A stretch of 64,000 nt of DNA from positions 1 through 64,000 of the IMG/VR virus record IMGVR_UViG_3300037466_003369. One strand, written 5' to 3'. The DNA comes from a virus (Duplodnaviria > Caudoviricetes). Every line of letters begins with the position of its first letter. Position 1 is the first letter of the stretch. The translations under genes and the position numbers were made by a program. The notes under the pieces are model-generated. The model was given only the letters and a program-made list of their open reading frames with translations, was not told the DNA's origin and did no database searches. Below are positions 1-9,012 of the stretch, piece after piece.

Positions 1-412
1 CGCGGTCGCTGCGACCGAAGGCCAAGGTGACGGTGACCTTGACGAGGTCGCCCGCGCCCTCGCCGTCCAGGTAGTCGAAGGCCCTCTGGCGCTTCTCCGG
101 GTCCCAGGAGGCGGCGATGGAGGCGCGATAGAACGGACCGCACTGGAAGGTCATGCCGGGGGCGTTGCCGTCCGGCTCCAGGTCCAGGCGGCTGAGGCCG
201 AGCTGGTCCATCATGTCGGGGAGGGTCTTGGACTCGGCCTCGACGATGCGCTTGTTGACGGCGGCGAGGCGCTCCTCCAGGTCGGCGGACTCCTGCTTGT
301 CGGCGCGAACCTCGGCGGCCTTGTGGCGCAGCGCCTCCAGCGCGCCCTGCGGCGGCGCGGCGGGGGCGTCCTTGATGGCCTGGGCGAGGAAGGCGGGGGG
401 CTCAGTGGACAT
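1..412 (-). CDS. Hypothetical phage protein (C-terminus runs off the window)
   Basis: Read manually: MSTEPPAFLAQAIKDAPAAPQGALEALRHKAAEVRADKQESADLEERLAAVNKRIVEAESKTLPDMMDQLGLSRLDL...; open to the window edge, GC3-rich codons. Confidence 0.7.
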   Translation of the reverse strand, partial: MSTEPPAFLAQAIKDAPAAPPQGALEALRHKAAEVRADKQESADLEERLAAVNKRIVEAESKTLPDMMDQLGLSRLDLEPDGNAPGMTFQCGPFYRASIAASWDPEKRQRAFDYLDGEGAGDLVKVTVTLAFGRSDR

Positions 413-668
413 CCCGGAACTCCGGCGGCATCCCGCGGACGTGGTCGTACTTGGCGCGGCAGAGTTCCGCGAGCTTCCGGTAGCAGACCTCCTGATCCGC
501 CTCCGAGGTCTCCGGATTGTTGTTGGCCAGGAGGGCCAGGGCGATGCCGGCGCAACTGAACAGGTCCGCCACGATGACGTGGATGTCGCCACGGTTCATC
601 GCCAGGGCGGCGGCGAAGATGTCGGTCTGACGGTCGCCGTCCTTAGATGTGGATTCATCAATGTGCAT
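402..668 (-). CDS. Hypothetical protein (88 aa)
   Basis: 3' part of ORF 402..1364 from MHIDES; GGAAGGGG RBS and promoter upstream; stop overlaps the next start. Confidence 0.55.
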   Translation of the reverse strand: MHIDESTSKDGDRQTDIFAAALAMNRGDIHVIVADLFSCAGIALALLANNNPETSEADQEVCYRKLAELCRAKYDHVRGMPPEFRDVH

Positions 669-697
669 TGCGTCGTGGCCCCTTCCGATGGAGCGGG

Positions 698-728
698 AGT
701 ATGGGGCCCGGTGAAAAGAAAGCAAGTG
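698..728 (-). promoter_or_regulatory. Leftward sigma70-like promoter (repeated phage motif)
   Basis: CAC-TTGCTT-16 nt-CATACT followed by a TCGGAAGGGG leader. Confidence 0.55.
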
Positions 729-875
729 GGAAATTTTGCGGCCTGGGGTCGCGCCGCGCGGCTGTCCTATGGACAATTGCCGAGCTTGGATTTTTAGTCG
801 CATCTTCCGGGTATCGGGTCCGGACTTAATCCATGGTTTTAATGAAACCGTGGATTTCCGAAAAGGGGGCGATAA

Positions 876-3164
876 ATGCCAAGAGGGTCGGGCTCTGGTC
901 GGGACGTGGCGTCCGGCGGCGCACCAAGGCATCCCAGGTCGGTCTCCGAATATCTGGCGAGGGTTGGCGCGGAGGTGCTCAACTTCCGCCGGGCCATGAT
1001 CAAGGTCCACAAGGGGGCGTACTACGTCGAGCGGGCGATCATAAGGATCGCCTCGGACGGGACCGTATCGTGCTCGGTCAAGGAATTCGAGCCCACGGCC
1101 GACGAGGCCGCGGCGATGAAGCGCGACCTGGAGGGGGTGACCTTCCCCCGCGCGATCCTGGCGCGGGACGCGGAGGGACTGCGCGGGCAGGTGAGTGGGG
1201 ACGTCTTCGAGTTCTGGGACGTGAGGCGCGAGGGGATCGTCATGTGCCAGGAGCGGCGGCGCATGAGCAACGGGTCGAAGCGCTACGTGCCGTGGACCAT
1301 GATGGACGACGGCAAGTGGGTGATGATGGAGCCCGAGGGGGAGCTGCCGTTCTGGAAGCCCCACGGAGACCTAGCCTCTCCCAACGGACATTCGTCCGTT
1401 GGTCGACGCATCATGCTGCATGAGGGGGCCAAGGCGGCGGCGGCGGCGCAGCGCATCGCCATGGGGCTGTGGGAGCCGTCGTCCGCGGGTGGGCTGAGGG
1501 CCCATCCGTGGGCGGATGAGCTAGCCGGCTACGAGCACTGGGGAATGATCGGCGGCGCCCTGGCTCCCCACAGGACGGACTATGGGGAGCTGATGTCGAT
1601 CTCGCCCCTGGAGGTCGTGTACGTCTGCGACAACGACTTCCCCGGCGAGGCGGCGCTGCAGAGGGTGTCCAAGGCCTGGGGACGGTCGCTCAAGGGTGTG
1701 GCGTTCGGGAAGTCCTTCCCTGGGTCCTGGGACATGGCCGACCCCCCGCCGGCCTCCCTGGTGGTCGGGGGGCGCTGGGTGGGGCCGCGCCTGGAGGACC
1801 TGAAGAAGCCGGCCACCTGGGCCACCGAGCTGGTCCCGCCGGCCGGGGGCGGCAAGGGACGGCCGGCGGCGCGCATCAAGACCGAGTTCGCCGAGGAGTG
1901 GTTGCACTGCGTCACCCCGGAGGTGTTCATCCACAAGGACTGGCCCAACCGGGTGCTGTCGGCCGCGGAGTTCAACTCCCGCACGGCGCCCTTCTCGCAC
2001 GTGGGCGGGACCTCCGAGCTGCTGAAGAAGGTGGAGGCGTCGAAGGCCGCGGTGCTGGCCTACACGCCGGGCCAGGAGCCGGGGGTGTACGGGGGCTCGG
2101 CCCTCGGCCACTACATCAACACCTACTGCCCCTCCGCCATCGCGGCCGAGGGCGGGGACGTGGGGCCCTGGCTCGACTTCATGGAGGGCCTGATCCCCGG
2201 CGAGAGGGACCGCTACGAGGTCATGCGCTGGGTGGCCACCCTGGTGGCCCGGCCGGACATCCGGATGCTCTATGGGCTCTTGCTGATCAGCGAGATGCAG
2301 GGGGTGGGGAAGGGCACGCTGGGCGAGCGCATCCTGACGCCCCTGGTGGGGGAGGTGAACGTCAGTTTTCCAAGTGAGCAGGAGATCGTCGATTCCAACT
2401 TCAACTACTGGCTGGCCCACAAGCGGCTGGCGGTGGTCCACGAGATTTACTCCGGACACTCGTCGAAGGCCTACAACAAGCTGAAGTCGGTGATCACCGA
2501 CAAGTACATGACGGTGCAGAAGAAGTACCAGCCCAACTACGAGATCGAGAACTGGATACACATCATCGCCTGCTCCAATTCCATGCGGGCCATGAAGCTC
2601 TCCATGGACGACCGGCGGTGGCTGATCCCGCGGCTATCGGAGAAGAAGCGCTCGGACGGCTATTGGGAGAAGCTCAACCGCTGGCTGGCCTACGAGGGAG
2701 GTCTGGGGATCATCCGCCGCTGGGCGGAGGAGTTCGTGGCCGCCGAGGGTCCCGTGCAAAGGGGCGAAGCCGCGCCGTGGTCGGAGTCGAAGCGGATCAT
2801 CGTCGAGGAGAGCTACTCGCCGGGACAGGCCTTCGCCGCCGGGCTCCTGGACCGCCTGCGCGGCGACGTGGAGAGCGGCCGGCTTCCGGGGGACTCGTTC
2901 GTGTTTGACGCCGACGTGGTCGCCGCGATCCGGCAGGAGATATACGGCGGTCAATACAACGACCGCCTGGAGAAGCCGATCACCATCCGGGCGCTGGCCA
3001 AGGGTTCCGGGTGGTGCGTCGGCGACGCCCAGAACATGGTCTCCAAGTGGCCGCCGAAGGCCCGCGTGCTGTCGCTGGATGCGGCGACCGCGGCGACCTC
3101 GCCCAGCGAGCTGGCGGCGACGGGCAGGGTTCCGGTGATGGTCGAGAAGAAGGTGACGATGTGA
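876..3164 (+). CDS. DNA primase-helicase (Toprim-like N-terminus, SF3/DUF5906-type helicase C-terminus)
   Basis: LHEGAKAA, VYVCDND and WDMAD Toprim-like motifs; Walker A QGVGKGT, Walker B AVVHEI, motif C IIACSN, DDRRW. Confidence 0.8.
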   Translation: MPRGSGSGRDVASGGAPRHPRSVSEYLARVGAEVLNFRRAMIKVHKGAYYVERAIIRIASDGTVSCSVKEFEPTADEAAAMKRDLEGVTFPRAILARDAEGLRGQVSGDVFEFWDVRREGIVMCQERRRMSNGSKRYVPWTMMDDGKWVMMEPEGELPFWKPHGDLASPNGHSSVGRRIMLHEGAKAAAAAQRIAMGLWEPSSAGGLRAHPWADELAGYEHWGMIGGALAPHRTDYGELMSISPLEVVYVCDNDFPGEAALQRVSKAWGRSLKGVAFGKSFPGSWDMADPPPASLVVGGRWVGPRLEDLKKPATWATELVPPAGGGKGRPAARIKTEFAEEWLHCVTPEVFIHKDWPNRVLSAAEFNSRTAPFSHVGGTSELLKKVEASKAAVLAYTPGQEPGVYGGSALGHYINTYCPSAIAAEGGDVGPWLDFMEGLIPGERDRYEVMRWVATLVARPDIRMLYGLLLISEMQGVGKGTLGERILTPLVGEVNVSFPSEQEIVDSNFNYWLAHKRLAVVHEIYSGHSSKAYNKLKSVITDKYMTVQKKYQPNYEIENWIHIIACSNSMRAMKLSMDDRRWLIPRLSEKKRSDGYWEKLNRWLAYEGGLGIIRRWAEEFVAAEGPVQRGEAAPWSESKRIIVEESYSPGQAFAAGLLDRLRGDVESGRLPGDSFVFDADVVAAIRQEIYGGQYNDRLEKPITIRALAKGSGWCVGDAQNMVSKWPPKARVLSLDAATAATSPSELAATGRVPVMVEKKVTM

Positions 3165-3305
3165 TAGTGATGCAGGGCGCGGCGTCCCGGCGCCCTGGCT
3201 CTCACTCACGTGGTGGCTGCGGCTTGGGCCGCAGCGGCGCGGAGTGGGTAGGATAGCTTGGCCGTGGGGTCAAGGGTCAGGGTGTCGCAGCAAGTCGGAG
3301 GAAGA

Positions 3306-3923
3306 ATGAAGATTCTGGTTGGGTGCGAATTCAGTGGCCGAGTGCGTGATGCGTTCAGAGCCAGGGGTCATGACGCATGGTCATGCGATCTATTGCCCAC
3401 GGAGAGCGATCCACGATGGCACATCCAGGATGATCTCCTGAAGGTGATCGGGACTGGACGATGGGACCTCGCGATCTTCCATCCGCCCTGCACCTTCCTG
3501 ACCTATGCGGGAGCCAAACACCTCTACGAGGGGGGGAAGAAGGAGAACGGACGCAATGAGGAGCGATGGGAGAATATGCGTCTGGCGGCGCTTTTCTTCC
3601 GTGAATTGCTGAATGCCCCTATCGGCAGGATCGCCGTCGAGAACCCCATCATGCTGGCGGAAGCCCGAAAGATCGTCGGGCGTGGCTACGATCAGATGAT
3701 CCAGCCGTGGGACTTCGGACGCCCAGAGAGCAAGCGAACCTGCCTATGGCTGAAGGGACTTCCGAAACTTCAGGAAACCCTGAATGTCAGGGAACAGGCC
3801 ATGAGGCTTCCGCCGAGATTACGCGACAAGGTCCATTACGCCCGTCCAGGTCCCGATCGGTGGAAGGAGCGCAGCCGCACCTTCCCGGAGATCGCAGAAG
3901 CGTTCGCCGATCAGTGGGGGTAG
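3306..3923 (+). CDS. Small phage DNA cytosine-C5 methyltransferase-like protein
   Basis: ILVGCEFSG (SAM motif), FHPPC (catalytic PC), VENP, QPWDFG, KRTCLW; GGAGGA RBS before ATG 3306. Confidence 0.75.
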   Translation: MKILVGCEFSGRVRDAFRARGHDAWSCDLLPTESDPRWHIQDDLLKVIGTGRWDLAIFHPPCTFLTYAGAKHLYEGGKKENGRNEERWENMRLAALFFRELLNAPIGRIAVENPIMLAEARKIVGRGYDQMIQPWDFGRPESKRTCLWLKGLPKLQETLNVREQAMRLPPRLRDKVHYARPGPDRWKERSRTFPEIAEAFADQWG

Positions 3924-4067
3924 GTGTCGCAGACTGGTCAACCGCTCGCCTCCCATCCCGGTTTCGCCGGCCCTTGTGAGCCTGCTTTCGGGCCTCAGCC
4001 TCGTCCGTTGCGCCTGCGACACCCTGGGCCTCTCGTGAAAGAAGGGCGGCGGGAGGATGGTGCGCAT

Positions 4068-4749
4068 TGGGTCTGGGGTCAAGATGGAGAGGGCGACCCC
4101 GGCGTGTGCGTGGCCTGCAACCCTCCCCGAAGCCGTATGCATACGGGCTTCCTTGGTGTCGCCATCGGGGCGACGGCGGAATGGCGACGAGGGGAGAGTG
4201 AGAGGGAATGGGTCTGGGGTCAAGGAGAGATGATCCGTAGTTCCCCAGGCTTCAGGCCGAGCTTCTCGGCCTCTTCCATCGGCCGATAGATGAACTCCTG
4301 CGCAACCATGCGGCAATTTTCCAGCCGCTCCTGGGCCTCGGGCGAGGCTCCATAGATCGTGACGCGCCACGGGCAGTCACTGGTGTGCGTCGCGCAGATG
4401 GGTTCGCCGGCTATGCCGAGGAAGTCCTTCCAGGTGTAGATGTGTGGCCTCTCGTAGAGGTGTTTGATGCCTTGCATGAACTCTTCGAGGCTGGGGCCTT
4501 GGGCCACGTCCATTCCCTCAGGATGATAGGTCCGACCGACCGCTCATGTCGCTCAGACGGATCGTCGTAGGCTGCCGTCGCAGCTTCGGCGTGTCCTGCA
4601 GGCTCCGGACCAAGAACCCTGGGCTAGTGGCGGGGGGAAGGTCGTCTCACAGTCCTGATCCCACGTTGCCCCCGGCCACCACCGGCCTGTGCAGGGCCGT
4701 CTGTTCCGGGTATGCTTTCTTTCTTATTCGTTCGGGGGTCTGGGGTCAA
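4068..4749. repeat. Three dispersed copies of GGGTCTGGGGTCAA
   Basis: Copies at 4069, 4210 and 4736; the first two share 16 identical nt. Confidence 0.85.
4220..4513 (-). CDS. Hypothetical protein (97 aa)
   Basis: ORF with GAGGGA RBS and normal composition. Confidence 0.5.
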   Translation of the reverse strand: MDVAQGPSLEEFMQGIKHLYERPHIYTWKDFLGIAGEPICATHTSDCPWRVTIYGASPEAQERLENCRMVAQEFIYRPMEEAEKLGLKPGELRIISP

Positions 4750-4857
4750 CGAAAACCCCGCCAGTCCGGCGAAGGACTGACGGGGCTCGGAAGGAGAAGG
4801 TCCGCGGTTCGTGGGCCGGGCCGCGGGCTTCAGCGCGGGAAGGATGGAGGAGATCGG

Positions 4858-5358
4858 ATGGAAACGCGAGAGCACGTGTGGCGCAACGGCAGACCGATGG
4901 CGCGGCGAACGGGGGAATTGACCCGGAAGCTGGCGGCCATGGAGATCGGAGAGACCCGGCTGGTCGTGGGTTCGAAGGACCATGTGCGCGCCCTCGTCAG
5001 GGGCGAGCGCGGCTGGATGCGCGTGGAACACCCGGAACGGCGCTTCGAACTGGGCTACCTGGACCGCTTCCGGACGCTGGTGACCCGGCTGGAGGACCTG
5101 CGCCCGGAGGACTGGCCGGCGATCTGGGCTCAGGCCAGGGCCGCAGAGGACGCCGCGATGTCGATGTACCGGGATGAGCGCACGCTGGTTCCCGGATGGC
5201 ACGGATTCGCCCGGTGGGCGGCGTCGGAGGGTCACGGGCGGCTGATCAGGGGAGACCGGTGGTGGGTCTGGGGGCACGCCAGAGGGCTCAAGGCGCAACG
5301 GGCGTTCATGATATGCCTGAGAAACGCGGGCGTCCCTGCAAGGCTGCAGGCGAACTAG
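4858..5358 (+). CDS. Hypothetical protein (166 aa)
   Basis: GGAGGAG RBS before ATG 4858 (METREHVW...). Confidence 0.65.
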   Translation: METREHVWRNGRPMARRTGELTRKLAAMEIGETRLVVGSKDHVRALVRGERGWMRVEHPERRFELGYLDRFRTLVTRLEDLRPEDWPAIWAQARAAEDAAMSMYRDERTLVPGWHGFARWAASEGHGRLIRGDRWWVWGHARGLKAQRAFMICLRNAGVPARLQAN

Positions 5359-5665
5359 TCTTAGACTGATTGAAAACCAACCTGTGATTGTTGAATAATC
5401 TCACAAATCGATCACAAAAACCACCAGGGGTTTAATCCCAGAACCCACTTTCCACTTACATAAACATCTCTTTTCTATCTTGCGTAAGGGATAATTAGAA
5501 AAAGAAATAAAGAAAAGAAGAGAAGGGGGAAGAGAGAAGATAAAGTAGGGGGAGTAGTACGATTTGAGATGTTTATGGAAGTCGGAGGAGGGTTCTCGGG
5601 ATTTAATCCCAGATGCGACATCCGGGCGCTTGCCAAGGCGCAGCTTTGCCGTGATCTTTCGGGCC
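5359..5665. other. AT-rich non-coding element with a long purine tract and flanking inverted repeats (candidate origin, pac or late-promoter region)
   Basis: Sharp GC drop; about 57-nt near-pure purine run 5497-5553; TTTAATCCCAGA at 5431 and 5602; GGGATT-T-AATCCC palindrome at 5598. Confidence 0.5.
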
Positions 5666-6286
5666 ATGGCGTGGCGGGCGATCTATGCGGAACCGAGGCG
5701 GGAGTTCGCGGCTCTCGCCGAACTGAGGCGATTGAGGGTGGGGTGCTTCTGCCCCTACGAGCTGGTCACCGAGCGCAAGCGCTGGCGGGGTGGCTGGCGG
5801 ATGGTGAGTGAGCCGCGACCCTACTTCCGAGGCTACCTGTTCGCCGACCTGGACCGGATGGTCTACACCGATCCCTGCAATGGCTCGCCGAGGCACGTCG
5901 AGAAACTGCCGGGTGTGATGGGAGTCGTTGGCAACGGGCGCGGGGAGCCGCTGGAGGTCCCGAAGCGCGATATCGATCTGCTCCTGGATGTCGCCGACGA
6001 GAACGGAATGATCTCGGCCATTGACGCCACACGGTTGAGCTACCGCTTCCGGGGCCGGGTGGGTGATGTGTTCGAGGTCATCGGGTGCGGCCTTGAGGGG
6101 GCCTGCGGCAAAATAGTCTCCTTGGACCGGCTTGACAGTAAGGGCGAGGTTCGTGCAATCGTGAAGTTCTTCGGGGCGGAACGTGAGATCGACGTCCCTT
6201 ATCAGAACGTGAGTAACATAAGGGCCGCAGTGGGCGGCGGATCGAATAGGGCCGGACGGTGCGACAAGCCGGTGGTTTTCCGGTAA
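5666..6286 (+). CDS. NusG-family transcription antitermination factor (NGN + KOW), specialised paralog
   Basis: WRAIYAEPRRE..A...L, PYFRGYLFA, LPGVMGVVG, then KOW-like VGDVFEVIGCGLEGACGKIV and VKFFGAEREIDVPYQNV. Confidence 0.85.
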   Translation: MAWRAIYAEPRREFAALAELRRLRVGCFCPYELVTERKRWRGGWRMVSEPRPYFRGYLFADLDRMVYTDPCNGSPRHVEKLPGVMGVVGNGRGEPLEVPKRDIDLLLDVADENGMISAIDATRLSYRFRGRVGDVFEVIGCGLEGACGKIVSLDRLDSKGEVRAIVKFFGAEREIDVPYQNVSNIRAAVGGGSNRAGRCDKPVVFR

Positions 6287-6402
6287 TTGTCCTCCTACCC
6301 GGTAACCGAGTAGATCACACCAGCGCCGAAGCTGGTGGGCGTCGGGGCGCTACCTCGTAGAGTGCGAAGCGTTGTCTAAGGTCGTCGCAGGGAGCGAGAT
6401 AC

Positions 6403-6858
6403 TTGGAGTGGTGTAAGGATTGCCCAAGGCACGAAGTTCTTGGCGGTTTGATCGATGCTCTTCGTAGAGACCTCAAGAAGCGTGATCTACGAATAGAGCA
6501 TCTGAATTCGCAAATTGCCGCTATGAAGCAAGGCCGCCTCATGAATGAGGCCGTCGATTATCCAGATAAAATTTATGTAATCGGCGCGATCAATCATGAT
6601 TTCGTTAAGATCGGCATCTCAGCGGATGTCGAGAAGCGTCTAAAGAGCCTCAAAAACCCTACCTCACATCCTGACGCAGATATTCAAAACTTAAGAATTT
6701 TCTTTCAAGAAACGATTGGTTTCGAGGCGCGAAAATTTGAGCGTTTCGTTCATCGTCAACTTCGTCAATTTCGAGCTAAAGGTGAGTGGTTCCGATTAGC
6801 CCCGGAAGAATCGGTCCAGGCTATCAAAAGCCTGTTGCGAGAATGGAAGTCGGTTTGA
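6403..6858 (+). CDS. T5orf172/MUG113-type GIY-YIG-like domain protein
   Basis: IYVIG...VKIGIS.DVEKRLKSL...FERFVHRQL...KGEWF; lower GC than neighbours; start uncertain (TTG 6403 or ATG 6541). Confidence 0.75.
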   Translation: MEWCKDCPRHEVLGGLIDALRRDLKKRDLRIEHLNSQIAAMKQGRLMNEAVDYPDKIYVIGAINHDFVKIGISADVEKRLKSLKNPTSHPDADIQNLRIFFQETIGFEARKFERFVHRQLRQFRAKGEWFRLAPEESVQAIKSLLREWKSV

Positions 6859-7082
6859 TGGCTCTTGACCCGATCACCGCCGACATGCTGGGGCCCGAGC
6901 TGGCCGAGGCGATCAACGCCGCGCACGCCAAGACCAAGGATGACACCATCACGGTTCGGATCGAACAGCATCCGGACACCAAGCTGCCGGGGGCGCACGT
7001 CGTTGCGCGCGGTGGCAACGACCTGCAGCACGGCATGAACGCTGAACGCGCGATCAAGTTCCTGAAGGGGTTGAAAAAGTGA
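6858..7082 (+). CDS. Hypothetical protein (74 aa)
   Basis: TGATG coupling to the upstream gene and GTGA overlap with terS. Confidence 0.6.
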   Translation: MALDPITADMLGPELAEAINAAHAKTKDDTITVRIEQHPDTKLPGAHVVARGGNDLQHGMNAERAIKFLKGLKK

Positions 7083-7621
7083 ACGCGCTGGTCCCGATGG
7101 GTCGCGCGACGCCGAATCCGCTGCGGAAGACAGAATTCAACTGGCTGGTCGCGAACGAGATCGTTGACCGGATCAGTGAAGGCGAATTCATGACTGACAT
7201 CCTGAAGGACGACCACATGCCGTCCTCCTGGACGATCAATCAGTGGATGCATGAATACCCCCAGTTCGCCTCGGATGTCGCGCAGGCGCGCGAGATGGGG
7301 GCCATGCACTGGCTTGAGCAGGCGACCAAGGTCGCCGTGACTCCGACCACCGCCGATAAGGTGGTCTATGGGGTCGATGGCGTGACGCTCACCCGCGAGG
7401 ACCCGGTGGCCGCGCGCAAGCTGGCGGCGTGGGGTCTGCAGGAGGCTGCGAAGCGTATCTGCCCGCAGAAGTACGGTGACAAGGTCGCCGTCACAGGCGG
7501 CTCCAAGGATGATAAGCCTGCGACGGTGCGCGTTGAGCATGAGCACACCCACGTGGTGAGGAAAGTTGAACGCGCCTTCCTTCAGCGGAGCCTTCCGGCC
7601 GAGAGCGATCCAGCCGCCTGA
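7079..7621 (+). CDS. terS: Terminase small subunit
   Basis: EIVDRISEGEFMTDILKDDHMPSSWTINQWM...F...VAQARE pattern of Sf6/P22-type TerS; directly upstream of TerL. Confidence 0.75.
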   Translation: MNALVPMGRATPNPLRKTEFNWLVANEIVDRISEGEFMTDILKDDHMPSSWTINQWMHEYPQFASDVAQAREMGAMHWLEQATKVAVTPTTADKVVYGVDGVTLTREDPVAARKLAAWGLQEAAKRICPQKYGDKVAVTGGSKDDKPATVRVEHEHTHVVRKVERAFLQRSLPAESDPAA

Positions 7622-8999
7622 GTGGCCGGACGTCGGCCTGGGCGAGGATGGCATCCTGCGGCTGCAGACGCCCGATGTCTTCCAGCCGCTCTTCGAGAAG
7701 GGTCCGAAGTACAAGGGCGCGCGCGGCGGTCGGGGCTCTGGGAAGAGCCATAACTTCGCCGAGATGCTGATCGAGGAGGCGATCTGCGACCCGTGGCTGC
7801 GGGCAGTGTGCATTCGGGAAATCCAGCGCACCCTCAAGCAGTCATCCAAGCGCCTGATCGAGGACAAGATCAGGAAGCTGCGCGTCCAGCGCTACTTCGA
7901 GAGCACCGACAAGGAAATCCACATCCTCGACGACGACGGCCAGCGCTGCGGCGTGGTCATCTTCGAGGGGATGCAGAACCACACCGCGGACTCGATCAAG
8001 TCCCTGGAGGGTTTCCGGATCGCCTGGGTGGAGGAGGCCCAGAACCTCAGCCAGCGGTCACTGGACCTGCTCTATCCGACCATCCGCGAGGCCGGCGGCG
8101 AAATCTGGTTCTCCTGGAACCCGAAGAGCCCCAAGGACCCGGTCGAGACGTTCATGACCGGCGCCGACGCGCAGGCCGATCCGAACATCATCACCGTTGA
8201 GGCCAACTACCACGATAACCCGTGGTTCTGGGCGACCGAGCTGGTCGACGACATGGAGCGTGACCGCAGACGCGATCCGGACAAGTACGCGCACATCTGG
8301 CTCGGCGCCTACCTGAAGCGCTCCGAGGCCACGGTGTTCAAGAACTGGCGCATCGCCGTGTTCGAGACCCCGGACGTGGTCGAGCGCTTCCTGTTCGGCG
8401 CCGACTGGGGCTTCAGCGTGGACCCCTCGGTCTTAGTCCGGGGCTTCCTGGGGCGGCTGATCGAGCGCGGCAAGGACGCCCACGGCAACGACGTGGTCGT
8501 GGCGATCCCCGACCAGCGCGGCAACACTCTCTTCATCGACGCCGAGGCCTACCGGGTCGGCTGCGAGATTGATTACCTGCCGGCCCTGTTCGCCGGCAAT
8601 GCGCCGCCCAAGCATGGGCGCGAGTGGGAGAACCCCTACGGCTGGCGCGGGATACCGGGAGCGCTGAGGTGGCCGATCACGGCCGACAGCGCCCGGCCCG
8701 AGACCATCAGCTACATGAAGCGCGCCGGCTTCAACATCCGACCGGCGGTCAAGGGGCCGGGCAGCATCGAGGACGGCATCGAGTTCCTGCGGAATTACGA
8801 TATCGTCGTGCTGCCGACCTGCGTCCACGTCATCGACGAGCTGAGCCTGTACTCCTACAAGGTCGACAAGATGACCGACGAGGTCCTCCCCGATCTGGAG
8901 GACAAGGACAACCACGTGATCGACGCCCTCCGTTACGCCGTGGAGGGCCAGCGACGCGGCGGCCTGCGGATCAGCGACGCGGTCCTGGCGAAGGTCTGA
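7566..8999 (+). CDS. terL: Terminase large subunit (PBSX/Terminase_3 type)
   Basis: GARGGRGSGKS, AVCIRE, IAWVEEA, FSWNP, GADWGF, DSARPE, DNHVIDALRY. Confidence 0.95.
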   Translation: MNAPSFSGAFRPRAIQPPEWPDVGLGEDGILRLQTPDVFQPLFEKGPKYKGARGGRGSGKSHNFAEMLIEEAICDPWLRAVCIREIQRTLKQSSKRLIEDKIRKLRVQRYFESTDKEIHILDDDGQRCGVVIFEGMQNHTADSIKSLEGFRIAWVEEAQNLSQRSLDLLYPTIREAGGEIWFSWNPKSPKDPVETFMTGADAQADPNIITVEANYHDNPWFWATELVDDMERDRRRDPDKYAHIWLGAYLKRSEATVFKNWRIAVFETPDVVERFLFGADWGFSVDPSVLVRGFLGRLIERGKDAHGNDVVVAIPDQRGNTLFIDAEAYRVGCEIDYLPALFAGNAPPKHGREWENPYGWRGIPGALRWPITADSARPETISYMKRAGFNIRPAVKGPGSIEDGIEFLRNYDIVVLPTCVHVIDELSLYSYKVDKMTDEVLPDLEDKDNHVIDALRYAVEGQRRGGLRISDAVLAKV

Positions 9000-9012
9000 G
9001 GGAGAGCCAACC

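Noticed and set aside
826-842. TTAA...TTAA as a CtrA box
   Set aside because: Spacing is 9 nt, not the TTAA-N7-TTAA consensus
3924-4289. ORFs 3924..4289 (+) and 3819..4370 (-)
   Set aside because: No RBS or motifs, atypical composition, overlap the repeat elements; treated as non-coding
5560-6400. RfaH ops element near the NusG paralog
   Set aside because: No GGCGGTAG match noticed upstream or downstream by eye
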